Position numbers and translations under genes: made by a program | In this document: positions 1-9,648 of the stretch, one piece after another | How positions within the stretch are numbered: position 1 is the first letter of the stretch | Layout of the letters: the number at the start of each line of letters is the position of its first letter | The notes under the pieces: model-generated | Databases searched by the model: none | The model's input: only the letters and a program-made list of their open reading frames with translations | Told to the model about the DNA's origin: nothing | Source: a virus | Taxonomy: Duplodnaviria > Caudoviricetes | DNA length: 64,000 nucleotides | Strand: one strand, 5' to 3' | IMG/VR virus record: IMGVR_UViG_3300036805_000137 | Span: 18,451-82,450 of that record

Positions 1-147
1 GCCAGATACCTCCCCAACGGGTGCATTACGCTGCGCCTCTTACCTGCTACTAACCCTGCCGATACCGTCCGGGTGTGCCCGATCGTGCTGCAGCGCAAAA
101 CCCCCGGCGTCGCCGTAGCGGTACCGGTCCCCCGTGCGCATTGGTGA
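1..147 (+). CDS. 3' end of a truncated hypothetical protein
   Basis: Frame 1 is open from base 1 (ARYLPNGCITLRLLP...PRAHW) to TGA at 145-147. Confidence 0.4.
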   Translation, partial: ARYLPNGCITLRLLPATNPADTVRVCPIVLQRKTPGVAVAVPVPRAHW

Positions 148-161
148 TCACCTGGGCACTG

Positions 162-323
162 ATGTCTGATCCCGCGCTGCGCAGTGCAATGGAATTTGCG
201 GTTGCACGTGCAGACAGTGCGCGGCAGCGTTCCCGCCAAGGCCGGCGCCGGATGGCACTAGCCCTGAGCTGCCTGACCCTGGTAGCGGTATGCACCCGTG
301 CGGTGCTCTGGCTCGTGCTGTAA
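162..323 (+). CDS. Small membrane protein
   Basis: ATG162, MSDPALRSAMEFAV..., hydrophobic C-terminus; last rightward gene before the terminator. Confidence 0.5.
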   Translation: MSDPALRSAMEFAVARADSARQRSRQGRRRMALALSCLTLVAVCTRAVLWLVL

Positions 324-384
324 GCTCAACCCCGCCACGGTGAGGCACCGCGCAAGTTCTCACTCTGGTGGTTTCTCTCAATCC

Positions 385-435
385 AAAATGGCCCCCTATC
401 TCTCCTGTGTGCGGGAGTGGATAGGGGGCCATTTT
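385..435. terminator. Bidirectional intrinsic terminator between convergent arms
   Basis: Perfect inverted repeat AAAATGGCCCCCTATC...GATAGGGGGCCATTTT with A/T tails on both sides. Confidence 0.85.
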
Positions 436-448
436 GGCGTGCACGGAC

Positions 449-682
449 TCAGACGCGTGCGCCTCCAAACATGATCTCGGGCAGATCAGCGTAGGCAATC
501 GCGCTGGCCTCGATGCTTTCGGGAGCCAGTTCATCGGTTGCGGTCTGGTAGCGGTAGCGGCCTATGGAGATGGCTACCTCTGAACTCTCGGCATCGATGA
601 TCCACGCATGGGCCGGGTGGTCGGCATGGCTGCACACCACCAGAAAGGGCGAGGGCGTGGTCGAAGCGGTGGCGCTAGTCAT
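449..682 (-). CDS. Hypothetical protein
   Basis: 77-aa ORF with AAGGAG RBS. Confidence 0.7.
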   Translation of the reverse strand: MTSATASTTPSPFLVVCSHADHPAHAWIIDAESSEVAISIGRYRYQTATDELAPESIEASAIAYADLPEIMFGGARV

Positions 683-732
683 TGCTTTGTCTCCTTGACG
701 TGGCGAGTCGTGAGGGGGGTTTAGTAGTTAAA

Positions 733-936
733 CTACAGCGAAACGGGGTAGTAAACCGCGATTGTCTCTTTGACGCGTCGGACCTTGTGGCCGGTTTCGG
801 CTACGTGTGCCTTGCACTTCGCTACGGTGGTGTCTTTGCTGTAGTCCAGCTCCCATGAGCATCCCTCCTGCTGGCACTCGGCGTAGGGCTGCATAGTCAC
901 CTCAGTGTAGGACACTGTGTACTTGGTCGCTACCAT
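733..936 (-). CDS. Small putative zinc-binding protein
   Basis: MVATKY..., C-x4-C...H-x5-H, GAGAG RBS. Confidence 0.65.
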   Translation of the reverse strand: MVATKYTVSYTEVTMQPYAECQQEGCSWELDYSKDTTVAKCKAHVAETGHKVRRVKETIAVYYPVSL

Positions 937-940
937 TGTT

Positions 941-1252
941 CTACTCTCCTGTTCCGGGTAGGTAGATGTCAATGATGGATTGTAGCCATTCGGGCTTGGT
1001 GTCGGGCGGATACCAGCAATGACTGCCCCGGACGGCCGAAAGAACACCGCCGGTTTTTAGTTTAGGCCCGTACACCTCCACACGTACCAATTGCCAGGAT
1101 TGGTTGCTGGGCTTGCCGTAGAGCAGGATGATGCCCTCCGGCAGAAACCGACCAGATGCACCCTGCACTGGTAAAGTTTCCGCATCAACCAGAGTCATGG
1201 CGAGCCGGCGCTCATCGTAGATGGATATCGGATATGCAGTCACGGCGGTCAT
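941..1252 (-). CDS. Hypothetical protein, paralog of 1264-1599
   Basis: Shared motifs IY...SGxFxP...IIxYxKP...W...GxKLK...PxWL. Confidence 0.75.
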   Translation of the reverse strand: MTAVTAYPISIYDERRLAMTLVDAETLPVQGASGRFLPEGIILLYGKPSNQSWQLVRVEVYGPKLKTGGVLSAVRGSHCWYPPDTKPEWLQSIIDIYLPGTGE

Positions 1253-1263
1253 GCTGACTTCCC

Positions 1264-1599
1264 TTACTGGTAGAGCTCAGGTGCATAGTCTGGGTGGTAG
1301 TCATTGATCAGCGCATTTAGCCAATCAGGGTTGTCCCCTGCATAGGCATCACAGGTCCACCTAGCGCGATGAACGCCGGGTGTGCCATCTTTTTTCAATT
1401 TGTATCCCGCTACCTGAGCACTTCCGCAATGCCAGTGCTGCTTATCCGGCGGTTTCCGGTAGATGATAATGACGCGGTCTGGTTGAAACTCACCACTGAG
1501 GTATGGCACGGCCATTGGCGCTATGTCTGTGATGTTAATATGCACAACGTGTTCGCTGTAGATCTTGGCCTGACCAATGCAGGCGGTCTGCTCACTCAT
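1264..1599 (-). CDS. Hypothetical protein, paralog of 941-1252
   Basis: MSEQTAC... start with GAAAGTGAG RBS; aligns by eye with the downstream gene. Confidence 0.75.
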   Translation of the reverse strand: MSEQTACIGQAKIYSEHVVHINITDIAPMAVPYLSGEFQPDRVIIIYRKPPDKQHWHCGSAQVAGYKLKKDGTPGVHRARWTCDAYAGDNPDWLNALINDYHPDYAPELYQ

Positions 1600-1669
1600 A
1601 CTGCTCTCACTTTCTGGGTTGGGAGGGGATGCCCCGGTGAGATGGCGAGCTCTCACCGGGGCGGATCAA

Positions 1670-2350
1670 TCAGAGCTCAGGGACCATTTCAGTACCAGCA
1701 GGGCACCGCGGCGCACCTACAGCAATCCACTTGTGCGTGGTGCGCACCGTGTAACCGCAGCACGGGCACTCACACTTGACGTGACGGTTGCTCTGGCGCG
1801 GGGGGCCGGTGTGGACGCGCCCGCCACCTGTGTAGGCCGGATCTTTCGTGGTCACCCGGGCCGGGACATCCACCCGCAGCGCGCCGTGAGGGTACTCGCC
1901 CAGTGCGGCAGCCACGGTGATCAGGTCGGCTTGCAGCTCGATGCTGGCTGGCGTTTGGGTCATCGGTCCGTTAAAGCCCAGCCGGGTGGCGATCTCGGCA
2001 AAGCGCTTGGTGTGGCCGTCCATAATGCCCTCATCGGAATCTAGGGCACTGTGGATGAGCTCGTGGCCTAGCGTGCGTAGCACCTCCATGGTGTCGTCAA
2101 TTTCCGGGGAGATAAAGATGTGGTTGACACCATCGGCGCTCTGGATCCGTGACCAGCACTGGCCAAGTAATTTGGCATTCTCGCGCTTGGCGCCGTAGCC
2201 GAATCCCACGCTCACGTGGAAGCGGGCCGGGATGGGGAAACCGACCTGCTCGAACCGAGAGCGGAAGTAAGTCTCAATGGCCTGCTCTAGCCAGCGCTCG
2301 CGGGTGGGGCTGAGGTCCGTTTCGGTGTTGTTGTTGGCTGCGCTGGTCAT
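1670..2350 (-). CDS. SprT-like zinc metalloprotease with C-terminal zinc ribbon
   Basis: HELIH motif followed by GHTKRF; C-terminal CECPCCGY...RCP. Confidence 0.8.
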   Translation of the reverse strand: MTSAANNNTETDLSPTRERWLEQAIETYFRSRFEQVGFPIPARFHVSVGFGYGAKRENAKLLGQCWSRIQSADGVNHIFISPEIDDTMEVLRTLGHELIHSALDSDEGIMDGHTKRFAEIATRLGFNGPMTQTPASIELQADLITVAAALGEYPHGALRVDVPARVTTKDPAYTGGGRVHTGPPRQSNRHVKCECPCCGYTVRTTHKWIAVGAPRCPAGTEMVPEL

Positions 2351-2405
2351 CTGACTGACCTTTCTGGGCGGGCGTGCCTGGCGGTTTCTGCCAGGTTTTC
2401 TCTTG

Positions 2406-2457
2406 CCTGACAAACACCACGTTACTAGGTCCATGCGAGGTATGCAAGGGTGTACAC
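2406..2457 (-). promoter_or_regulatory. Leftward promoter for the sprT operon
   Basis: TTGCAT-17-TAACGT, then 6 nt and TGTCAGG; GTGTACAC palindrome just upstream of the -35. Confidence 0.6.
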
Positions 2458-2562
2458 GAGATCTCATCATGATTTTTTAGGGGAGCTCTGAGCAGGCACA
2501 ACCGCCTTGGCGTGACCTTGGCAGCGGATTGTTGCGCGGTTGCCGTAGGCTCTGGGCTCGTG

Positions 2563-2727
2563 ATGAGACGCCTGATTGGCCTGGCCGGCTGCATCGCTGC
2601 GGTGAGCGCGGCAGCTCTGATCGGCTACGCGATACCCACTACGGCACCGCAAGATCCCTGCACAGAATTCACGTGCGGTGGCCTGGCCCCGGTGCATACA
2701 CTGCCACTGCCCGACCGTGGCCTCTGA
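2563..2727 (+). CDS. Small membrane/secreted protein
   Basis: MRRLIGLAGCIAAVSAAALIGY..., signal-like N-terminus. Confidence 0.5.
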   Translation: MRRLIGLAGCIAAVSAAALIGYAIPTTAPQDPCTEFTCGGLAPVHTLPLPDRGL

Positions 2728-3164
2728 GCGGCAGCTGAGCTGTTGCATCGAGCGCCGGTACTGCAGGTGGTGTGAATACCGGCGCAGTAGCGCCTACGTG
2801 CTGCCCAGTGCTGATGTGCTGTGGTTCTGCCGATGCCCGGGTCACTCCTGGCGCTACACCCCGCCAGCAGGCCTGCAAGACGGCATCCTCACCGCAACCG
2901 AGAAAGCGCTAGTCATCCGAGCTCGCGCGGCTGTTCGAGGATGAGGAAAACGGAGCAACGCGTGTACACGAGCTCGATCTAAGATCCCGCTAAGCCAACG
3001 CTAAGATCATTATCAGACGGGTTGCCCGCACTCAGAGCAGGCCCGGTACACCCCGCCAGACAACAGCTTTTGCCGGTCAATGATGTTGGCCTGGCAACAC
3101 GGGCTGCCGGCCGTTTCCGGTGCTTGCCGGCCGGACACGCGTAGATGCGATGGTCGCCGCAAAC

Positions 3165-3422
3165 TCATGACGCAGACTCCTCAGTAGTAGCGGCCGGCAC
3201 GATAGCCGGTGAGGGCACGGTTCCCGGCCAGTTGGCCATGGCGCGCTGGTGCTCGGTTGCTGCCATCTCGGCAAGGTAGCGCCGGCCATCGAACTCAGGG
3301 CTCTCCCAGTCCGGGCAGTCATCGCAACGCACCGCGTGGAAATCGCCTGATGCGCTGGCGATGATGTACGTCTGGTGCACCGGCTCACGAACAGCCTTAG
3401 GCACTACAGTCGGCTCACTCAT
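3165..3422 (-). CDS. Hypothetical CxxC protein
   Basis: MSEPTVVP..., CDDC...EH, GAGGAG RBS. Confidence 0.6.
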   Translation of the reverse strand: MSEPTVVPKAVREPVHQTYIIASASGDFHAVRCDDCPDWESPEFDGRRYLAEMAATEHQRAMANWPGTVPSPAIVPAATTEESAS

Positions 3423-3539
3423 CGTTGCCCGGATCCTCCTCAAAATAGAAACACATGCAGTTCTCTACGGTGCATTCTCCATCGGCATCATGTTCGTCAA
3501 ACACATCACCGCACACGCATGTCGTATCCCCGGAAATGT

Positions 3540-3902
3540 TCACGCTGACTCCTCTTTGTGTGAGCGGCCGGCGCGCTTGCCGATGTGCTGCATGGTGGTG
3601 TACCGCCGCTCACCGGTCAGGCCCTTGCGCCAGTTGCGGCCGGGCAGGCTGGCCTTCCACTCTCGGATCTCGCGCTCACGGGAGGGCTCCCAGCCACGGA
3701 TCATCACGTCGCTGTTGGCAGTGGGGATCACTACGTCTGGTGCTGGGAATGTGGGCAGCTCACCGTGCTCCGCTCCCCAAATCCAGCGATTGACTGTCAC
3801 CGGACTGACGCCGAACAGACCAGCGATGTGCGCCACACCCATTAGCCGGCGGGTGCGGCTGGTGTGCTCGGTACCATTATCTATTGGTGCTGCGTCGGTC
3901 AC
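3540..3902 (-). CDS. Helix-turn-helix DNA-binding protein
   Basis: MGVAHIAGLFGVSPVTVNRW followed by FPAPD...RGW...W...PGR, typical of actinophage HTH regulators; GTG3902 with GGAGG RBS. Confidence 0.7.
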   Translation of the reverse strand: MTDAAPIDNGTEHTSRTRRLMGVAHIAGLFGVSPVTVNRWIWGAEHGELPTFPAPDVVIPTANSDVMIRGWEPSREREIREWKASLPGRNWRKGLTGERRYTTMQHIGKRAGRSHKEESA

Positions 3903-3999
3903 GCTACTACCTCCACTATTGCGATCGTATAAGTAACGTAGATGAGCAACAACACCAAACAGTACCGTGCGCAGTGCATCGCGCTGATCCGGCCTAGCA

Positions 4000-4293
4000 T
4001 CAGGTATCCCCCCGTTGGGCAAACCGCGCCACCCGCGGGCGCATGTGGTGGGATTCTAGCTGCCTGGCTAGAGCCTTGAGCCGGGCACGCTGGTTGCGCA
4101 CGTCCGCACGGTCAACTCGGCTCTCAAATTTGTAGAGGGCCTTGCCCAGCACGTTGTACGCAGCCATCACCGCGGCGTGTAGTTCCTCGCACAGCTCAAC
4201 TGGTGCCGGCTGAGCACCCAGCATCGCCCGCGTGGCTGCCGCAATGACCATGCGCGCCCGCGTCTCACTGTCCATGCTGTCGTCAGCCGCCAT
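4000..4293 (-). CDS. Hypothetical helical protein
   Basis: 97-aa ORF with GGAGAG RBS. Confidence 0.6.
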   Translation of the reverse strand: MAADDSMDSETRARMVIAAATRAMLGAQPAPVELCEELHAAVMAAYNVLGKALYKFESRVDRADVRNQRARLKALARQLESHHMRPRVARFAQRGDT

Positions 4294-4770
4294 TACTACT
4301 CTCCCGTCTTGCTCGTGTGCATGCGGATCACGTTAGTCACTCGCGGTTCCGCCAGCTGTGCAATTTCCAGTAATTCGGATAATGTCGCGTGATCCCGGAC
4401 AAACTCTACCAACAGATCACGCAATCCCTGAGTCTCACTGTCTAGCTCATCCACTCCTACTGCCCTCCCGTTTCGTCTTCACCGTCTTTGCCGTGGCCTG
4501 GGCAGCACGTGATGCACATTCGGCAGCGTGCACACCAACCAGCGATGCGATCTAAGCAAGTATCACACCGGGGGCAAGCGCCTGGGCAGCACGGGCCGGG
4601 ATGATGCCGTGCGGCTTGGATCAATGCCGGGTACGGGCCGGCGCGCAGACATCGGGGATTGTGGTGGATAGCTGCCGGCGGTACCCGGTGCCAGCAATCC
4701 TGAGCTCGGCACCGCGGCCACTCATTCGGCCGGCCGGACTTCCCCCCTTCCTTCCCCTGACGGTGCACCA

Positions 4771-5148
4771 TCACGGCACCCGGCGCAGATCTTTGGCATA
4801 CTCCCAACTGCGTAGCGAGCGCCACTGGACGAACACTTTAAGCCCTAGATGCGAGCCCGCTCCGTGGATATGTGCACCACGCTCTCTGTCTGCATCGGTC
4901 GGCTCGATCACCTGACCCGTATGCAGCGGACCCATCTGTCGAGCAACCAGCGTGCCGTAGGGGAAATCCTGAGACTGTTCGGCATCACTACACTCTGTTT
5001 CGTTGGGCTCATTAGCGCGCACCCAAGCGTGTACACGCTCAGCCTCTGCCCATACTTCCATGTAACGGGCACCCGGTGTTTCCTGCACGTACACCGCAAC
5101 AGCCTCAATGTCCCGCCAGGGGATCTCCGTTCGCTCTTGGTGACTCAT
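4771..5148 (-). CDS. Hypothetical protein
   Basis: MSHQERTEIPW..., in the leftward operon. Confidence 0.6.
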   Translation of the reverse strand: MSHQERTEIPWRDIEAVAVYVQETPGARYMEVWAEAERVHAWVRANEPNETECSDAEQSQDFPYGTLVARQMGPLHTGQVIEPTDADRERGAHIHGAGSHLGLKVFVQWRSLRSWEYAKDLRRVP

Positions 5149-5328
5149 CCTAAACATCCTCAGCATCTCTTGACCTAGACCAGTTGGTCTCAGCCGGCGG
5201 ATCATCAGTGCTGTTAGTTACTCCGTCACTAGCAATCCAGTCGGAAGCATCACGATTTAGTTCTCGACTTTCAGCCAATCGATCAAAGATTCTCATCCTC
5301 TACTCTCCAAACCTTTGTGCTGGGTGGT

Positions 5329-5370
5329 GACGCCCGGTGCGCTATTCTGTCAAATGACGCACCGGGCATC
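5329..5370. terminator. GC-rich hairpin, possible terminator or attenuator
   Basis: GACGCCCGGTGCG...CGCACCGGGCATC inverted repeat. Confidence 0.45.
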
Positions 5371-5587
5371 TGCCGGGCTTACTCCTGCAGCAACTGGTCA
5401 AGCTCGACACCGGCTGCCTGCTCAACTTCCTCTGTGGTTGCACCCGAATCTTTCAGCTCAACCAGCCGCTCATATGCTGCGGTCCACGTACCCCCATGTC
5501 TTCACCTCCCCTTACCACTCGATGAGTTCACCGTCATATCCATCATCTTTCTTATCAGGATCAACCACTGTGTTTCACCTCCCCTCG

Positions 5588-5833
5588 CTAGGCACTGTTG
5601 CGGTGCCCGGTACGGACATTATGGCGGCTGGGAGATCCGTCTGGGTGGCCTCCCCAAATCCCGGCATCCTGGCCGGACGTGAGAGCCCACTCCAGACATG
5701 CCTGGCGCACCGGGCACCGCCGGCACACTGTCTTAGCTTCAGCGATCTGAGCAAGTGCTGGGCCAGAGGTACCGGCCGGGAAAAACAGCTCAGGATCCTC
5801 TGTCCGGCATTCTGCCTTGTGGCGCCAATCCAT
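5588..5833 (-). CDS. whiB: WhiB-family Fe-S transcription factor (WhiB1/WblE-like)
   Basis: MDWRHKAEC...DPELFFP...C-x2-C-x5-C, GIWGG turn. Confidence 0.95.
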   Translation of the reverse strand: MDWRHKAECRTEDPELFFPAGTSGPALAQIAEAKTVCRRCPVRQACLEWALTSGQDAGIWGGHPDGSPSRHNVRTGHRNSA

Positions 5834-5881
5834 GATCAGTACCTCCTTCCCTTTCTGCTCAGCTGAGGGGTGTCTCTTTGG

Positions 5882-6523
5882 TCAGCTGTTGCGGTTTGTC
5901 CGTCGTACGCGGTGCTCATGCAGCCACCCGCGGAGCCGATACCAAACCTTGCGACTCAATGACATATGAGAGTAGTTGATCTCCCAGAGCGCAGTGCTTA
6001 CTTCCTCAACTGCGTCAACCAGCCGCTCCATCCGGTGATGAGTCTCAAAGGTCTGCTCAATGTCATGATCAGTTTTCAGGCTCATCACCTGGCGGATCCC
6101 GATAAGCTCGAAAATCAAAGCGTGGTCGGTGCACCGTAGGTTGCCGTCTGAACATTCGGTTATCCCGCGCTCATTACAGCCGTACTGAGTGGCGCTGTCG
6201 TCACTCCAGCCTTCCTGACAGCGATAGACACCGGCTGGCTGAGGCTGGCTCCAATCGATGGACTGAAACGATGCCAGCTCCGATACCAGCGGCTCCGACC
6301 AAACAGCACCACATTCCGGGCAGTCGTAATCCCGTCCGGGGGTAGCCTCTGTGCCTGCCATGAACTGCCGGTACTTGGCCTCACTGTCTACCATCGAATC
6401 AGCCATGCAGACCGGACACACCCGCGGGGTGCGCGTGGGTTCTGACAGCTGCGAGACGGCACTATTCCTGATCCGCTCTTGGATCCACTCGGGTAGCTCT
6501 GACCAAACATATTTTTCTGACAC
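5882..6523 (-). CDS. Zinc-ribbon-containing hypothetical protein
   Basis: CPVC...CPECG motifs; GTG6523 after CAGGAG. Confidence 0.65.
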   Translation of the reverse strand: MSEKYVWSELPEWIQERIRNSAVSQLSEPTRTPRVCPVCMADSMVDSEAKYRQFMAGTEATPGRDYDCPECGAVWSEPLVSELASFQSIDWSQPQPAGVYRCQEGWSDDSATQYGCNERGITECSDGNLRCTDHALIFELIGIRQVMSLKTDHDIEQTFETHHRMERLVDAVEEVSTALWEINYSHMSLSRKVWYRLRGWLHEHRVRRTNRNS

Positions 6524-6564
6524 AGTGATCTCCTGTAACTGAGGCGAGTCTGATGATCGGATGG

Positions 6565-6738
6565 TTAACCGGTGTGGACTGGGCGCACCCGGCCGCACAC
6601 GCGCTCTGGCATGTAATAGGGGTCGGTCTCCCACGTGACCAGCGCGATATCAAGCAACCGCTCAATGGCCTGCTCGTGCGTATGGCCGGTAGCCGCTTGA
6701 TACACCGCCACTCGGGCGGCCAGATCGTTACTGAGCAT
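6565..6738 (-). CDS. 57-aa protein, possibly ribbon-helix-helix-like
   Basis: Translated by hand: MLSNDLAARVAVYQAATGHTHEQAIERLLDIAL...; GGAGGG RBS. Confidence 0.45.
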   Translation of the reverse strand: MLSNDLAARVAVYQAATGHTHEQAIERLLDIALVTWETDPYYMPERVCGRVRPVHTG

Positions 6739-6759
6739 GGTGCCCTCCTGGCAGTTTGT

Positions 6760-6996
6760 CTAGCTGATGGGGGTATGCAGAGGTCGGTGTGAGTAGCGGG
6801 TCCATGCGCCATTGCCTACAGCCAGCGCCATGTGGTGAGTAACCAACCACTGCAGGATGATGCGAGCCTCGTTAGTGCTGATGTTGGCCTTGCGTGCCAG
6901 TGCTGATGGTGTCCAGCTTGTCTCAGGTGTGGTATCCAAGATATTGCCGATGACATCGGACAGCTCATACTGCGTGTCTGTCAGTTCCTCGCTCAT
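6760..6996 (-). CDS. Winged-helix DNA-binding protein
   Basis: WTPSALARKANISTNEARIILQWL...GNGAWTRY. Confidence 0.65.
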   Translation of the reverse strand: MSEELTDTQYELSDVIGNILDTTPETSWTPSALARKANISTNEARIILQWLVTHHMALAVGNGAWTRYSHRPLHTPIS

Positions 6997-7023
6997 CGGA
7001 TGCCTCCCGGCTGGAATCATTGC

Positions 7024-7068
7024 TTGCCTGACACTGCTTACGCTACCGGCCGGCTCATACCATGTCAA
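7024..7068 (-). promoter_or_regulatory. Early-type promoter (TTGACATGGT family)
   Basis: TTGACA-17-TAGCGT-6-TGTCAGGCAA. Confidence 0.75.
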
Positions 7069-7104
7069 GAGATTTTGTAGGGTATGAGCTGGCCGGCGAC
7101 CCTT

Positions 7105-7662
7105 TCAGCTGATGAGGTACTGGTCAGGGTTGATAACCTGCACCCGGTCAAGATCAATGTATCGGCGCTGGTTTTCTCCGGCTACCTCGACTACAGCGAC
7201 CTTGGCGCCGTGGCGGTATTTGCTGGCCTCGATGCTACGGATGATGCCCACTACGCCGGCATTCTTGCCGCGGGTGGTCAGCGAGCGGACCTCTTTACCG
7301 ATAGCGGGCTCGCTGGACTTGATGCGCGCGAGCTTTACATCGGCAGCTGCCCGTTGGCGCGCGAGGTATTCTTGAGCCTTGGCCATGGTGTCAGCATCCG
7401 CATCTACCTTAGCGCCATTGTGGTAAGTCCAACCGCGAGTACTGGCATACTCAATCTCGCGGACGCTCTGGCTCTGCTCATCCCAAACCAGCGCGTAAAA
7501 ATCTGAGTCATCGTGCCAGTTATGCTCACCTGTGTAGATGACGCATCCCGTCCAGCTCTCGATGAGGTTGGGGCAGGGCTGGTAACTGTTGGCGACCTCG
7601 CTGGTGCACAGTTTGTTGCCGCTGTAGGTGCCTCCGCAGATGTGGATAGCCACTGCGCTCAT
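7105..7662 (-). CDS. Conserved-looking phage hypothetical protein
   Basis: MSAVAIHICGG..., DDSDFYALVWD...EYASTRGW; CAGGAG RBS. Confidence 0.7.
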   Translation of the reverse strand: MSAVAIHICGGTYSGNKLCTSEVANSYQPCPNLIESWTGCVIYTGEHNWHDDSDFYALVWDEQSQSVREIEYASTRGWTYHNGAKVDADADTMAKAQEYLARQRAAADVKLARIKSSEPAIGKEVRSLTTRGKNAGVVGIIRSIEASKYRHGAKVAVVEVAGENQRRYIDLDRVQVINPDQYLIS

Positions 7663-7690
7663 CTCCTGCTGGTCTGGGTGGTGTTGTCGT

Positions 7691-7732
7691 CCTGACACCA
7701 CTGACATTACCGACCGGCTCATACCATGTCAA
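7691..7732 (-). promoter_or_regulatory. Early-type promoter (TTGACATGGT family)
   Basis: TTGACA-17-TAATGT-6-TGTCAGG; spacer nearly identical to the 7024-7068 promoter. Confidence 0.75.
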
Positions 7733-7753
7733 GGGTTTTTGCGTGGTGTGTTG

Positions 7754-8167
7754 CTATGCCCAGAGCACCGCGTAGTCCTGCTCAACACAGAACCGTGCCA
7801 GCGTCTCCAGCAGTTCGAGTTTTTCTTGCAGGTAACCCTCCCGGCGCGGGCCATGCCACACCGCGGCGCCACCACCACCAACCAGCATTGCCAGGGTCGG
7901 TGACAATTCCTCTGGTGTCATCTGGTAGGCAGGCATAGCCTCATCGCGGGGAGCTATTGCCAGCGCGAGCAAGACACACCCTAGAAAGTCGCCGGCAGGT
8001 GCATAGCCCACGCAGCCCTCCTCATCATCAAGAGGCAATCCCAGCACACCCAGCAGGCGAACTGCATTGGTGTTGGCAAGGTTGACCTCATGATGCCGGG
8101 CGTGGCCACCCAGACGGATCTCCCAGCCCTCAGCGGTGGCCTGGCCGGGGTAAAAGGTGACACACAT
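7754..8167 (-). CDS. Hypothetical protein
   Basis: MCVTFYPG... EVNLANTNAVRLLGVLGL; GGGAGG RBS. Confidence 0.65.
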   Translation of the reverse strand: MCVTFYPGQATAEGWEIRLGGHARHHEVNLANTNAVRLLGVLGLPLDDEEGCVGYAPAGDFLGCVLLALAIAPRDEAMPAYQMTPEELSPTLAMLVGGGGAAVWHGPRREGYLQEKLELLETLARFCVEQDYAVLWA

Positions 8168-8201
8168 TGCGGGGCCTCCCCTGGTTGGTGTGTTACGAGC
8201 T

Positions 8202-8230
8202 ACGCTACCGGCCAGCCCGTACCATGTCAA
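8202..8230 (-). promoter_or_regulatory. Early-type promoter (TTGACATGGT family)
   Basis: TTGACA-17-TAGCGT. Confidence 0.7.
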
Positions 8231-8318
8231 GACATCTTGTGAGGTGAGGGCAAAGAAAATCCGGCCCGGGCATCGAGCACCCTGCAGCCGGATCTTCCTG
8301 CCACCCACTTAGACCACG

Positions 8319-8834
8319 TCACACGCCTGCTGGCTCAGGAATGGTGGCCTTGGTAGAGGTGGCCTTAGGTGCGGTGGCCTGCCCGTTGGTATCGGGGGCC
8401 GGCGCCTCCTGCACCGGGGATGCTGTGAGCAGTGCCTGCAGTGCCTGTACTCCAGCGTCGCCGCCAAGGTTGTACGCATCGAGCACACCCAGAGGAATGC
8501 GTCCGCGGTCGCTCACAGGGTAGCCGTGGTTAGTGGCCCAAGCCCGGATTGCCGCATTCTGCTCACGGTCTGCCCGGGTAACCGCGCGGGCTGGCGCGGC
8601 GCCGCTGGCCGTCACCGTCCTGGGTCGCCCAACGCCACGAGCCGGGGCACTAGTGGCCTTGCGGGCAGCTTCCACATACGGCGCCAGCGCGGTGCTGAGG
8701 CCACCAAAGTTGGTGTCCGTCAGATCGATCTCATACGTGGTGCCGTCCAGCTCGATGCTGTGCGTGGTCACGGGCGCGGCATCAGAGTGCTCAGTCTGGT
8801 CGAGGTCATCAAACCGTACAGTCTTGGTACCCAT
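8319..8834 (-). CDS. lsr2: Lsr2 nucleoid-associated protein
   Basis: DDLD...LDGTTYEIDL dimerisation domain; AAIRAWA...VSDRGRIP AT-hook domain. Confidence 0.95.
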   Translation of the reverse strand: MGTKTVRFDDLDQTEHSDAAPVTTHSIELDGTTYEIDLTDTNFGGLSTALAPYVEAARKATSAPARGVGRPRTVTASGAAPARAVTRADREQNAAIRAWATNHGYPVSDRGRIPLGVLDAYNLGGDAGVQALQALLTASPVQEAPAPDTNGQATAPKATSTKATIPEPAGV

Positions 8835-9061
8835 AGATGGTTCCTCCTGCTATCGGATGGTCTGTTTTCACCGCGGGATGTTTGTGCGCGGCGCGCGCCC
8901 GCGACTATGGACCCGCTGATGGTTGTTTGTCAAATTGCTTGTGTACACGGTTGCGCTGGGCTGACTAGACTCAAGCGCGTCTGTCTGTGTGGATACGTTG
9001 CCTGACATCTCCGGTGTCCCTGGCAGACCGGCACGCGGTATTGGGTTGGTACCGTCTGCCC

Positions 9062-9104
9062 GGCAGGCCTCGCACTTCCCCCCACAGTGAGCGCGAGGCC
9101 TGCC
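9062..9104. terminator. Hairpin downstream of the 9109-9588 gene
   Basis: GGCAGGCCTCGC...GCGAGGCCTGCC inverted repeat. Confidence 0.5.
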
Positions 9105-9108
9105 CCTA

Positions 9109-9588
9109 TTACTGGCCCTCGCTGCCGATGGCACTGTAAGACTCCACTGCGTGCGCGTACTTGTGCACGGTGGCCTTGGGCTTGCGCAGCTGGTGGGCTA
9201 CCCACATCCACCGGTCAGACTCTGGTTGATCTCCCCGGTGCGCGTAATCATTGAACATCAAGTGCAAGATCAGCGACCGCCAGAGCGGAATGTTGGCCAG
9301 CCACTCATCAATAACCGCCATGGCTGCCTTGCAGTCGGTTTGGTGCACGCCGGTCACCCGGTCACCCAGCACGGTAGCCAGCGCGTCTGCCGCGGTGATG
9401 CCCTCTGCGTATATCTGGTCAGCCTCGATGGTGTTAGCCGGCAGTGTGTCGTCAGTGATCGATGCCGGCGATGCCGGCGCGGGCGGCTGGGCAGCCGGTG
9501 TGGCAGGTCGGTAGGGCACCGGGCTGGCCGGTCGCCGTGGCGTAGGAGGCATGTCGGTCTCCGCTCGTGATTTACAGTCTGGATTCAC
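9109..9588 (-). CDS. Putative regulator divergent from the FtsK/TraB gene
   Basis: Pro-rich N-terminus; C-terminal HTH-like WVAHQLRKPKATVHKYAH (start could be 9552). Confidence 0.5.
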   Translation of the reverse strand: MNPDCKSRAETDMPPTPRRPASPVPYRPATPAAQPPAPASPASITDDTLPANTIEADQIYAEGITAADALATVLGDRVTGVHQTDCKAAMAVIDEWLANIPLWRSLILHLMFNDYAHRGDQPESDRWMWVAHQLRKPKATVHKYAHAVESYSAIGSEGQ

Positions 9589-9648
9589 AGACGTGAATCA
9601 TGGCTATAGACTACCGAGACACGTGCCCCCGACCCAACCGGATATGCC

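Noticed and set aside
5300-5580. Possible frameshifted small gene downstream of whiB (AAYERLVELKD...)
   Set aside because: The plausible frame lacks a start codon and I cannot identify a homolog; too weak to call
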